Source of the DNA: Vicugna vicugna | Taxonomy: Eukaryota | Direction of reading: 5' to 3' | Length of the DNA stretch: 64,000 nt | Assembly: GCA_013265495.1 (NCBI GenBank) | Contig: MU058824.1 | Span: 5,785,245 to 5,849,244 of the forward strand | Shown here: one piece after another, positions 1-12,650 of the stretch | Position numbering within the stretch: position 1 is the stretch's first letter | Layout: each line of letters begins with the position of its first letter | The notes under the pieces: model-generated | Database searches by the model: none | What the model was told of the DNA's origin: nothing | Seen by the model: the letters and a program-made list of their open reading frames with translations, nothing else | Translations under genes and position numbers: made by a program

Positions 1-351
1 GAAACAATAAAAATGAAAAAAAAGAAAGCATAGCCCCATCTATCCCTCTTTATTCAGTATGAAAATTACCTTACATTATGTCTTATCTTTAATACATGCG
101 TCCAACTGTTAGATGGTAGTGATAGTTATAGTGCTGACTGACAGGAAAGTCAGGTATTTGTTGGAAAATAACACACTCCCCACATACTTGGTAAGTCCAG
201 TTAAACTGAGGTTTGGGAGTGGAGTAGAAATCAGGGGTGGAATGTAGGATGAGGAGTGCAAGGGAATGTGGGGGCAGGAAAGCCAATGGCAAATGAGATT
301 TCTAGAAAGGGCAGCTGGAAGAAGGTCTTTAATAGAAGTTATTGCTCATGT

Positions 352-875
352 AACCTAAATGTCCATCAACAGATGAATGGATGAAAAAGTTGTGGTATAC
401 ATATACAATGGAATACTACTCAACTATAAAAAAGAATGAAATAATTACATTTGCAGCAATATGGATGGACCTGGAGATAAACATATTAAGTCAAGTAAGT
501 CAGACAGATAAAGACAAATATGATATCACCTATATGTGGAACCTGAAAAATGACACAAATGAACTTATTTATGAAACAGAAATAGATTCACAGACATAGA
601 AAACAAACTTATGGTTACTGGGGGGAAAGGGAATATGCACTGAGGGATAAATTGGGGGTTTGGGATTTGCAGATACTAACTACTATACATAAAATAGATA
701 AACAAAGTCCTATGGTATAGCACAGGGAACTGTATCCAATATCTTGTAGTAATCTATAATGAAAAAGAATATGGAAAAGAATGTACATGTATGTGTGTGT
801 ATATAACTGAACACCATGCTCAACACTGGAGACTAACACAGCATTGTAAATCGACCATACTTCAATAAAAAAAAG
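352..875 (+). mobile_element. 5'-truncated LINE-1 3' end (cetartiodactyl type)
   Basis: ORF 381-599 (KKLWYTYTMEYYSTIKKNEI...W.DLE..ILS.VSQ) is the L1 ORF2 C-terminus, followed by 3'UTR and an A-tail. Degenerate TSD agaagttattgctcatgtaa (334-353) / agaaattgttgcctatgtaa (876-895). Confidence 0.95.
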
Positions 876-3800
876 AGAAATTGTTGCCTATGTAATCTTG
901 AAGAAAATTAATGTTTAATTTTTGAACAAAAACCATAACTCTTCCCATTCCTCCTTATAATAGGGCCCAAGTTTATGATCTAGCATTTTACCTCAGTTCA
1001 TAGTGTGTTATTAGGACATATAAACATGATACTCCACTAGGAAACAACTAGACAGCTGTTTTCGTTCTTTCCTTCCCCTCCTTTCCAATTGTGCAGGCCT
1101 TGAATGTGAGAGGGAGAGAGTTAAGATCTTCTAACAATAAGCCTAATAAATGTCTTTTACATTCTGGAAAAAAAATGTCTCAGGGGCTCAGTAAACTGAC
1201 TCTAAGCTGGCATCGAAGAGCCACAATACTTTTCATTCCCTAGACTCCTTGTGGTCCCCACAGAATTATTCCACTGGCCTTGAAAACCAACTCTGTGACA
1301 TTCCGGGGGCTTTTATCTTTTATGGTAAATTACTGTATCCAATGCAAATCTCCTCCTGGGCTCACAGAGATCTCAGCAAGCAAGGAATATGGAAATGCTC
1401 AAATCAGGAATAGGTGGGCACTTTGAAGATAAGGTAAACTGTGTTTTCTTGTTGACAAAATAATCTGAAGCTTTTGTTGTGTGTTTCCATAAAAGACTTC
1501 CCAGGCATAAATCAATATGGCAGCACCAACTCTGCGAGAGTAAGAAACGATAAGTATAGTTTTCAGCACCACATAACCACTCATTACATTTATTTCCCAG
1601 TTTTCTTTGTTATTCCTTTCCTGTTCAAATCTGAGCCAGCACATTTTTGGCTTCCCAGCTGAAGTAGGAGGCACTGCCAATCAGCAGGAAATATAATACA
1701 GATAAGATTCATATAAACTCTTTTGAACTGGTAAAATAGCTGGATGGGAAATAGATGTTAAATTGTTTACATTTGGCACAAGAAGAAAACGTTCCATTTT
1801 TAAATTCAAAGCCTCTGCACCTTTGTAAATGAAAACAAATCACATGGGTCATGTAGTGTTCCATTCTGTAAAAGCCATCAGGAGACTGATAAAAGCTTTC
1901 GTAAATCACTAACTTTATCTGGGACTTGCTCAAAAGAGTCATTCTCCAGATTAAAATGACATGGCCCTTGACCCAGTCTTTGGAAAAACTGCACAGCAAG
2001 AGGCTCCCACCACACTTTGAGGAGCACCCTACAAACAGTGGCAAGTGGCTCACATGGGGGTCCAGAAAGCTTTGGGGGAGATGCCTGTGAATTCTTATTT
2101 TTCAACTTAAGTCTTTCCAAAATCGTAATCAGGTGAGACAGCATAAAGGATACAAATGGTGGTCCGAGACATTAGCACTGAAAAAACTTTTCATCTTGGC
2201 AAACATTGATATGCCCAGCTAGGTTTCACGTGATGAAGAAAAAGTAATTCTAAACATGGACTGTTGAATTTCATGAAACCAAAGAGCTCATCCCACAGAA
2301 TGATTAATTCTCATTTTGTGTGAAACTTTGTATGTTTCATCCATTTGATCTTATGACATCTAAGCATCGTCTGGACACTAAATGATGTAAAATCACTCAG
2401 AATGTGTTTAGTAGTTGAGTGAAATTAATTACAAAGCTGCACTGGAGACAGGTGACTGGGCACTGAGCCCTCTGTTGTGGGTGATGCAAAGCCTGGGATG
2501 CCTTGTCACTGTGGCCCACCATGCGATCAAACTGTGTTACTATGTCATGATCAACTATATTGTAAGATCAGCCACATGGACCAAGGAAAGGGGACAGAAG
2601 GACTATGGTTCTTCAGACTGGCCTCACAAAATTACTTATTTGGCCTGAATTGCACATTGATTAAAAAAAAACCATCTGGTCCTTATTATTAGAACGATGC
2701 TGACCTTGGAAAGAGGCAGATAGGAGAGGCTCAGTGCAATTCTGTGCATCCTTTTAGAACCCTCAGTGCTCTCGTGGGCAGGATGCCTGTCATTCATCCA
2801 TTCCATAGGGAAGATCCTGAACTATGATCAGGAATGTGTGAGGAAAACAAATGAAGATAGCTATCTTCACTCTCCCTGATCTCTCATTTATATTCAAGCA
2901 ATTTAATAATTTGTGAATTGGGAGATTATTTTCCTTCAAACTCTGGTACAGGTCCAGTTTCCTGAAATTTCAAAATGGTGGCACTTACCCAGGCAGAGGA
3001 GAGAGATGTGAACTCCCTATACAATGTGCCTTCCTTTGTAGCCATTCTCCTGCCATGTTGGATATAAGTACTCATTTTCAGAAGATGACTCATTGGCAAG
3101 ATGATAACTGGTTCCCCAGATTCTACTTGGTTTTGTAATCATTCCGGAAGGAGGTTTGAGGCCAGACACTTGTCTTTCTCTGCCACCTATTGAGCTTCTT
3201 CTAGACAGTACCCTACAGATTTCAAACAAGCGCTGAGCATGGAGCAAAGTCAAGAAATCAGGACACAGATGAGCCTCTCTGGCCTTCTGAGTGATCCTGA
3301 AAGAACACTTTGAAGTCAATAGGCTCAATGTGGAAATCAAAGGAAGTCTGCAGAATGCATGGAAAAGGGAGAATCATTTTCTTTAAAGTGAAGTTCACCG
3401 GCATTCTCCGGTGCCTCAAGTGCTATCGGCAGCCCTTAGGTTTGCTGATACTGCTGTAGATTGGTGCTATCTATTGCTGAGATGAAAGAGCCCATATTAC
3501 ATTGAAATACTGACAGTGTGTGAATGTCCAACATAGATAGCACTGATGGAACATCATTTTAAATATTCAGAGAAGTTATCCCACATTCATAAACCAACAG
3601 TTTTGTTCAATACTTGAACAAGGCTTACACCTGAACTGAACACAACCTCCCATTAGCACCAACGATTTGTATTCACTGTACATGAACAAAAGTAATACAC
3701 AAACTTAATTTCTACTACTGTAATTCAAGATGAAAAAAAGACCAGGCATGTGGGGGAGATGTAGATTCTCTGGAAGGCTTATTTTCACACTGATGAAAAA

Positions 3801-4471
3801 TAAAACCACACCTCCATCAAGGGTTGGAGGCTTTTCTGGGAATAAGGAATCAGAGCTTGGTAAATATCAGCTTGGAAATTGTTGGCAATGTTGTTGTGTG
3901 GATGGGTGAAGTAGTTCCTACCCAGAATTTGCAGACGGGTCTCTGAGGAGGAAAAGCAACAAGTAAACACTTGGGATTTTAATTACTAACAAACAGTCTC
4001 ATTTGGAAGTTCATTAATGATAATGTATCTGGGACTTCCAGGGTTGATGCAGTCCAGCCCAATTTATTGCTACGAAGTGGCTGGGTCAAGGAGAGTGCCA
4101 GGGATGCATAGTCTTCCCTTCTCCTATTCACTTCTGTTATTTTATTTAAACAGAGGCTGCTCTCCAATGATAGACATTTAGGACATTTGGTGATGGAATG
4201 ACCAGAGTATCATCACAGCATTGCTGTACTAATGATACTTGGCATTCAGTTTAATAAAGGTGACTGGATAACAGGTGCTTTACTGATGAGGTGATGGCTT
4301 CTACAAATCAGGCTAAACACTGAGGCTGTTTTTTAGCCTTTTCCTGGTAACTTTAGCTTATAGCTGGCAGTAGAGCAAAAGCTCTTTATAATTTCAGCCT
4401 GATTTGAACGTTGCTTCTGAAGTTTGTTCTTTTCGTCTTCAAAGTTTATCCCTCCAGGAGAGTTGTTGGCT

Positions 4472-5090
4472 ACTTTAGTCTGGGCTCTATCAGAAGTATA
4501 CCCTGAGGCAAGGGTATGAATACAAGCAGACTAGTTGGAAGGCGATCCCAGATAGGGCTGTCAGATTTAGCAAATAAAAATACAGGAGCCTAGCTATATT
4601 TGAATGTCAACTAAACACCAAATTTTTTAGTTTAAGTTATGTCTCTTGTAGTACTTGGGACATACTTACACTACAAAATAAAATCAGTTATTGTTTATAT
4701 GAAATTCAGATGTAGTTGGGAATCTTGCATTTTATCTGGCAACCTCAATCCCAGGAAGCTAAGAGAGTGGACACATGAGACAGGCATGAGAAGGAGACCA
4801 GTGTAGGATGCCTAATTAAACAGGTGTGGACAACTGTAGCTTGGTCCCTCTGGGAACATGAGTAAACTGTATAGAACATATCTTAGAATTGTCCTGTTTG
4901 AAGACAAAGGAACCTGGGGTATGTATTCATCATCTCCTTCCACCATTTTTAAGGGTTGATTCTGGTGGCATAAGTAGCCCCACCTAAGCTGTTTGCCCTG
5001 GGTAAGATGGCAGGGGGAACACGTTCCCACAGCCATAAAAAGCTCTTGGAAGAGAGTTGCAGGTACTTTCAGTAGGAAGCCCCTGGCAAA
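4472..5090. mobile_element. Old ERVL-class LTR (LTR33/LTR16-like), interrupted by MER53
   Basis: Motifs such as ...gtatagaacatatcttagaattgtcc...ctggggtatgtattcatcatctcc...agggttg resemble ancient ERVL LTR consensus. The sequence continues on both sides of the MER53. Confidence 0.55.
4553..4747. mobile_element. MER53 hAT-family MITE (palindromic)
   Basis: Ends tagggctgtcagatttagcaaataaaaatacagga ... ttgcattttatctggcaacctca. Central gggacatactta hairpin. 8-bp TSD atcccaga (4545-4552) / atcccagg (4748-4755). Confidence 0.9.
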
Positions 5091-5769
5091 TACTAGAACT
5101 GTAAGTACCAAAGGATACAGGTAAAACCCTGATAATGTCTTGTTTGGTGGCTCTGGGCAAGTTATGGTACCTTTTGGTGTCTAAATCCTTAACTTGGCAC
5201 ATTTCTTCCCTAAGGCTCTCTCCTAAGGACAAGAGTAAGTTTCTGATACATTTTCTAGCAGAAGCTACTCATTTTCCCAGCTTGGGGCAGAGAGGTAGGA
5301 TTGGTGTTCCACCCAGATCCCCATGTTACAATTCCCCCAGTATTTTTTAAAAAACTCTGCTCTGTGAGATGCTTATCATCCTGCTGTCAGTACATTAGTG
5401 AGTCTAACCCATGGTTCATGGTTTTCCATCATGCCTCACATCCCAACATCTTCCTGTGCAACTCCCACACCTGTGTGCATGTCTCCCCTGACACCCAGGG
5501 CTCCTCTTCCAGAGATCCTTACCTCTACTTCACATCAGCCATCTGTTCCCTCAGACACATTGTACTGTGTTGTCATCTAGAACAGCTCCCCTATCAACTG
5601 TAAGTTCGTATGCTGCCCCCACCAATTCTTATCTTTCACCCTCTTAATAAGTCACTCTTTAGATCTGTTCTTTGACCGTGCTGAGACTCATAATGCCTTG
5701 AAGCCCTCTACCGGCCTTACCCAGACTTCACTGCTTTTCCTATTCAACTGAGATTGCATGGTTTATGTC

Positions 5770-6300
5770 TCCAAACTCACTCTTTGCCTGTGATTATTTT
5801 AACACTCACCCTTAGTCATCCATCTCTCCATTTCCTCTGTATCTACACCTGGGCAGTGGAGTCCTGCTGGTCAACATCACAGAACTACAGGAAATGATGC
5901 CTCTAAAAGGTCATGATCTCTAGTCTTAACTGGCTCCTCCATGATCCAAACAATCCTATTATATTTTCCTAAGGTGTTTTCTCCTTCTGGTTCTTTCTAA
6001 CAACATTTCAAACTTACTTTACTTAAACCTTCTACTTCCCTTACACAACCCTCCCTCCCTGTATTTCCCCACTTTTCTTCCACACTCTGAGGATATAATT
6101 GTCCCCCTGTGTCTTGCTTCACAAAGAAAATAGAAACCATTGGATGAGAATTCTCACAGATTCCTGCCATGGAAATCACAAATGTTCCACGCTCATCTTT
6201 TTCTTCTTTTCTTTTGATACAGTGGAAAATAGATCATGTATTTGTTCTCTCTAATTGTATCAGTCTCTCCCCATTATCCCTTCCAGTTGCTTTGGTCATT
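5770..6300 (+). mobile_element. LINE-2 fragment
   Basis: Decayed L2 motifs, e.g. cttgcttcacaaagaaaatagaaaccattggatgagaattctc. An L2 3' tail lies nearby at about 6520-6570 (tatttgttgaataagtgaat). Confidence 0.6.
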
Positions 6301-9300
6301 TCCTCTGGGAAGCCTTGTCTGTTCTCTGCCCTGACCCCTTTTTTCAGTACAGGTGAGATGACCCACCCATGTCCTCCCAGGGCGCTCTGGACTAACTCCT
6401 TACTTTGCACTGAGGACACTGTGACATGGTAGTCACCCACCAGCCCCTAGCCATGAGCTCTAGGGATACAGGGCATAGTAAGTTTGACAGGTTCAGAGTT
6501 GTAAGTTCACAGTTGAAAGCTCAGTAAGTATTCAAAAAGTATTTGTTGAATAAGTGAATAAAAAATGAATGGAAAAATAAATTGGCCTTATATCAGTTTC
6601 CTGTGTACCTTAGCAATGGGCATTTTTGTATTCAAACATTAGATTTCAATAAGACCTATTGAATTTACAGATATCGTGGATATCACAGTTACACATTTTA
6701 AGTGACCCTGAAACAAATGCTTAAATCAGTCAGTTTAGTCTATAAAATGGCCAAATTAATGGAAATTGGGGCTACTTCTGTGATGAATTGGAAAGGTTAA
6801 TTCAATCAGAATGAAAAGCTCCTGCAGTCCCAGCTAGACTCAGTCTGTTATAGACCTCAGGAGGGAGGGATTACAGTGTTCCAGCAATGGAGAGATTAAG
6901 AAACTCTCAATGAAAAAGAAATGCAACTATTGACATGAGCATCAATACTCCATCAGTCCTTTCTCATTGGGTTTCTCCTATCAGTCTTATAAAAAGTGGA
7001 AGTTGCTATTAAGTTAAGGATGTGATAACTTGCTATTCCTTAGTGTACACATATTTTGAAATATAAAATTAGTTTCTCGACTATCACCTTATTCATTCTG
7101 TGTAAGAGATGTTACCAAGTCATGGCAATACAGCTACAATTTATAACTTTAAATTTTAGCAGAAGAATGTGGGTTCTTCCTGAGAACATGAATAAGATTT
7201 TAGTTCTCAGGAATCCCAAGGAACTAGCATATTTTGGCATTTTTTTCCTCTCATAGAATAAACTCATTCATAATTTCTCTGAGAAATTTCTATCCTAAAT
7301 CATTAGATAAGCCCAATCCAGGAGTTTGTTTTGTTGGGACCCTTATGATTTCATTAACAGTGATATATCCCATAGCTGATGATATTTTGAGATAGCCCAA
7401 AACGCATTATATCGGTCCCTAAATTGCAAAGAGCAAAAGGATTGGATAGAATAAAACATTTCAGTATCTAAGACCAAACATTAAGTCAAAACATTTATTA
7501 CCTACAAGATAATTTTAGTATTTGCCTCAATGGGTCTTTCATATGGTCAAAATTTTGTATGTCCTTATTCTTTCTGTGACCCCATAGCACTGCCATTAAA
7601 GCTAATGGTGGGGAGATGTATAAAATTGCAAAGAAAAAAAATTCAAAGTCTTTGATAAAAATTACTGAAACATACTTTTATTCTCACCCACTTGTTCATT
7701 CTTTCCTTGATCCTCCTTTACCTCACCCCCTCTACCTTCCATCCTAAATCCACTCCCGTCTAGTTTGGAGTATGATAAATAGAAACAGCAGCCCACAGTA
7801 AGCTCAGTGGCAAGACAGACACTGAGCATTAATATTACCCACCAATGAAGCTAGACTGTGATGGGAAAAATAGTTCACGTAATGAGCATGCAGCATGGGC
7901 AATGGAGAGCTGATCATAATTCTTGCTCTTCTTTAATTTTATACCCCCACATAACTGCCCTCCAAATATTGAGAGGTTAAAAACTTGCCAAAATATACTT
8001 ATAACAGATATTCTTTAAAAGAGGGCCAACACATAAAGAAGGCAGAAGATCACTGTATCTAATGCTTGGTATAAGGAATTCAGCATTGAATTTAGCTCTT
8101 AACTCCCTAGAAAGTAGTGCAAAAAGGAAACCCAAAGTGTCATATAATTCTCATTATTTGAAATTAAATTTAACGATGTTTAGAAAGTATGTGTGCATGG
8201 CAGTACATTCTGAATGAACACATCAGTGATCATGAATTATTACAGAAGGGACATTAATGACACAGTAGAAAATGTGTTCTTACAACAATGGAGCACCACA
8301 ATATTCTTTTCCTTCAATTGGTTATTAGAACTTTTAATCCATTTTTAGATTAAAAAAAAATGGAGCCATGTCTGTAGAACCAGAAGGAGGAGAATATAGG
8401 CTTCATAGTTAATTCCCCTCAGTTGGCCATTTCTCTTCACTGCATGGTGGTCCAAAGCACTACAGACATAGCTCTTAATGGAGGTATTGGGGGTGCTATT
8501 TATCACTTCAACACACTGCTTTAGTCCATAAAATTCCTAGAGACAGAGCTATCTTTATGAGCCATCACACAGTTTTAGTAGGACATTTGAGGTTGGACTA
8601 AGTCCATGTTTAGCTGCTTATATTAAATTGTCATTCTAAAATTGGGTGCGTTTCAACAGAGCTGGCATGGAACACACTCATCCTTGCTATCACCAAGCCA
8701 ATGGACCCAGACCTGTCTCTGCGTTAACGGTGTCATACCCACCCCATTATTCACCCATGGTTAATGGCACTAAAGCTGGCTCAGTGAAAAAAAGGAGTAC
8801 CTGAAGAATTTGGCCACTATATTCTAAATTCTGACATTTTATAAACCAATGTATGTAAACAAAGAACCACCTTTATTCAAAAGCAGTTTTCCCCACAGAA
8901 TACTTTGGTTTGGCTTGATCTCATTTTTTACTTTCATTTTGGCTCTGTAGTTTAGGATGAAATAGGGGTATAAGTTCCAGAATGCCATGTGAAAGGCCAG
9001 GATAAGGATGCTATGACAGCAACCAGAAAATAACTGAAACCTCAAGAGAATCTTTTCAGCCATATTTCCCCTAATTTTTCAAAGGCTTACTTGGGTCAGT
9101 CTCAAGTGACTGATGGAGCTATAAACCCTGCTTTATTAAGCAAGTGTCCAGGGGTGCTGACAGCCAGCCAGCCAGCCACTCAGCTCTGGCCTGGCTCTGG
9201 CCTGCAGCAGGTTTCTTTAAATCCATGCCATACCTCCAGATGTATCTGCAATTCACAAACTTCCCTAAATGTCCACCCAATAATGATCAAGTCCAGCTGA

Positions 9301-10489
9301 AGTCAAAGCCTACCACAGTCGGTCATGCTTTTATTTATGCGAAATGAGTCAGCACCTTCAAAATGGAGGTAACAGAAACAATTTCATGTAAATAACAGCT
9401 GATGTGACTACTGTTGACAAGCAACAATGCCTCCCCTGCTGACTTTCATTTATCAGTTCTGTGCATGGCTCTAAAATTGACATTTCTAGCTCTTATCCTC
9501 TGTCAACTGGCTAGTAGAAACTTTTCCTTCAATGTTCTGTGTCAGCTCCCCATCAGCACCATGAAGTGCAAACTTATCATTTCTCCTGGAAACCAGCTCT
9601 ATCTCCTGATATTGCCCCCTCCCTTTTTTTTTTTTTCCAAAAACTAAATCAAATCTGGGTAAATTCCGTCTCCACTCTACTCTTTTAAGCAATAGTGCAC
9701 CTGATCCTACTTCTACAGCAATTCTGGGGTAAGGCAGTCCCTTATTAACATAGAAGGAGACATCTAAGCAATGTTTTGGTTGGAGCAGAGGTTTCCTCAG
9801 TATTCAGAAGAAATCAGATAAGTACATTTAGCCTCACTGACAACTTCATGTTCTGCTTCCATACGCATTCCCTGCCCCCATATAATGAAAAATAAAAACA
9901 GTACTAGCTGGTAAAAAAACAGATACAAATGTATATATATTTACTAGTTAGTAGTAAATGTGTATATATGTAATGTAAAAAATCCTACAGTGTCCTTTTT
10001 TTTTTCCTGTGATGATTACTTCCATATATTTTTAAAATTTCACTTTCTTCTCTCTTTTTTTTCCCCCTTTCTTAGTGCTCTTACAGATTTGCAGATGCCC
10101 TAAGGGAACCCTTTGATATTGGTGCTCCACCAAAGGCAGACAATGATTCCTTAATGCTGCACATTCACACTGTGATCTCTTGCCTAAATCCTCACCAGAC
10201 TTCCCTGCTCACCAGACTCTCCTTGTTTGCTGCTGCCTAGGCTGCAGGTCTGGATTATGTTCCTTCCAAATTCCTTGCATTTGACCATTGGTCTGGGCCG
10301 GCTATACCTTTCCCTTCAGTATCTGAGCCCTCCTGGCCCCTGACAGTCTGCTAATTCCATGGCTTTGCTTGGACCTGAAGTGCCCAAGTTCACTTCAGTT
10401 CCAAACTGTTCATCTGGACACTAGCTCATTCCTGACTATAAACTCCTGGGCCTTCCCAGAACTCTCTGGTCCTGGACCACCCCTTTTCC

Positions 10490-11010
10490 TCTCAGTGTCT
10501 CCTTGACCCTCCAGCTTTCAACCCTGTTCCTATCTCTGACAGCCTCCACTGCCTGCTTTCTCCTTACATCCTTGCTTAAAACCCTGGAGTCATACTTGGT
10601 ACTGTTCCTCCCTTGCCCAGAATCACTTGTGCAATGCTCTTTATTTCTCCTATCATCACTAGAGATCATTGTTCCTACCTGATGCTCCTGTTATAATTAT
10701 TATTGGCCTGGTCCAGGCCTGTGTCAGTCCCTATTTTCTATTCATCTGGAACACAACTACCAGATTAATCTTCTGGAAAACACTACTTAAATTATAAAAC
10801 CCCACAATTCAAGTACATGTCTACATTCCTCTTTGTTGACAAAATAAATTCTGAACTCCAAACATGGCATTTTATAAACAAGCCCAAACCTATCTTTTCA
10901 ACCAATATTTACCTGTACTATTTATCTTAACTGGTCAACATTTCATCCCCAAAATATACCTCATGCATCTGTATCACTCAGCTGGCTCATATTGCTCTTC
11001 TTCCCCAAAA
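10490..11010 (+). mobile_element. LINE-2 fragment
   Basis: aaaaccctggagtcatacttgg; accagattaatcttctggaaaacact; aaattctgaactccaaacatggcatt. Confidence 0.6.
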
Positions 11011-12409
11011 TACCGGTGGCATGGTTTTGAGTAAGCCAGCTAACCTAGTAAGAGCTCCAGAGTACTCACTGCAAGATGAGGTTATACAACAAGATGATTT
11101 CGAAAACATTTTCCAAGCTTGCCAAGAGTTCCATGATTCAGAGGTATCCTCATCCACATCCTAAGTCCTCCAAGTTTTCACTAAGGCCATCTGTGGTCTG
11201 CTTCCAACCCACAGTGAGAGACTTTCCCTCTATCTTTTGTTCTTTCTCGCACACTTATTTGGCCCATAAACACTTGCAATCTTGCATGACTGTTTAACTT
11301 GTCATGTGTCTTTTCTCTCTAATTTTTGAGTTGTGGAATCCACATATCCCATCATCACCTTGCAGGAGTGAGTGTCCAATCATTATCTATTGATGGATTC
11401 TGAGTGAATCAAACCGTTAGTGAAAGTTGCTGGAAAAATAAATTGGAAACATAGGTATCACAAGGGGCCTCGTTAAATGTATTCTCACTGGTCTAATTGC
11501 ATTTAATTAAGTCCCTTGGGGAATAACTGCCCCTTAGGCCATGTCATCCAAGGTCAATGTGACTTATTTTAATCAGAACATCTCCTAGGGGTGATGGAGC
11601 AATTACATAGCATTTGGACTTGCATCCATGATTTGGTTGTGGCACCATTTTCATTTTGTGTCTGAAACATCAGAATTTAAAAGTGTAGCAAGAAGACTTT
11701 GTAAATTAGGCCAAAGAACAGCCATTAAGACCTGCTTACACAGTCATCCCAGATTTCCTCACAGCTTCTGTCCCTTTGCTATTGGCTTTCTTCTCAGAGG
11801 CCCTGGACTCACGTCAGATAATGATTCTGGGCAAACTTCATGTGAGAGGTAATGAAGGTTAAAGTGATGTAGTGTTTTTAATAAGTATGATTTTGCTGTT
11901 TTATCTAGAAATGTAAAGTAAAATAAATTATCATATGGTAGCTTTGAGTTACCACTATCATTAGCCTCTAGACATGTTAACCAAGAAGCTAATAAATATA
12001 ATAGACTTATTATATACAATAGGTTTTACTTTTTGGATACTTTTTAAATCATTACAATTATTGGTTATGTTGTGAATCCACAGGCATTTGCTCTTTGATT
12101 CCAAGTGCATGAATTTCATGGTTGCAAGTATTATAACTTCTGTCCATGTTGTCTCTCAAGTTTTACAGAAACATTTAGGTTGATTCAAAGATTCCTCACA
12201 GTTACGTATTATTTACTCACAAAATCCCTTGATGTGGAAGTGAGCTTTGTTGTCATTGTTTAGTTATTATAAAGAGGCACGAGGCCACTCATTAAACAAC
12301 AAAATAAAAAGTCCTCAACAGTATTAGAAACCAAGGAAACTACTTCCTTTTTTTTAGAGTAGATGTGGGAGAGGGTATAGGGACTGTGATATGTAGTTTG
12401 GAAAAGATG

Positions 12410-12650
12410 GATGGTATTAGGAAGGAAAAAAGCCATGGGACCAAGGTCAGCATCTGGGGCTTGACCCCAATTATGTCCTTACTGTGATATGTGACCTTGA
12501 GCTCATCATTTGATGTCTCTGTACCTTAATTTCTTCAACTGAAAATGTTAATAACCCCTATTTGACTTACTTTTATTAAGTTTGTAAAATGATTATTTGA
12601 GATAATTTTTAAAAGACAAAAACTTACATTGCCATACATGTTTAACCTAT
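12410..12650 (+). mobile_element. MIR SINE
   Basis: MIR core gtgaccttgagc...tctctgtaccttaatttcttcaactgaaaatg. Confidence 0.75.

Noticed and set aside
381..839. ORFs 381-599 and 615-839 (likewise 28385-28857 and 40783-40965)
   Set aside because: L1 ORF2 tail and antisense 3' UTR, not host genes.
3017..3340. 107-aa minus-strand ORF
   Set aside because: No recognisable homology, non-ATG start and no convincing splice context.
10191..10218. Short direct repeat ctcaccagact x2
   Set aside because: Trivial slippage duplication.
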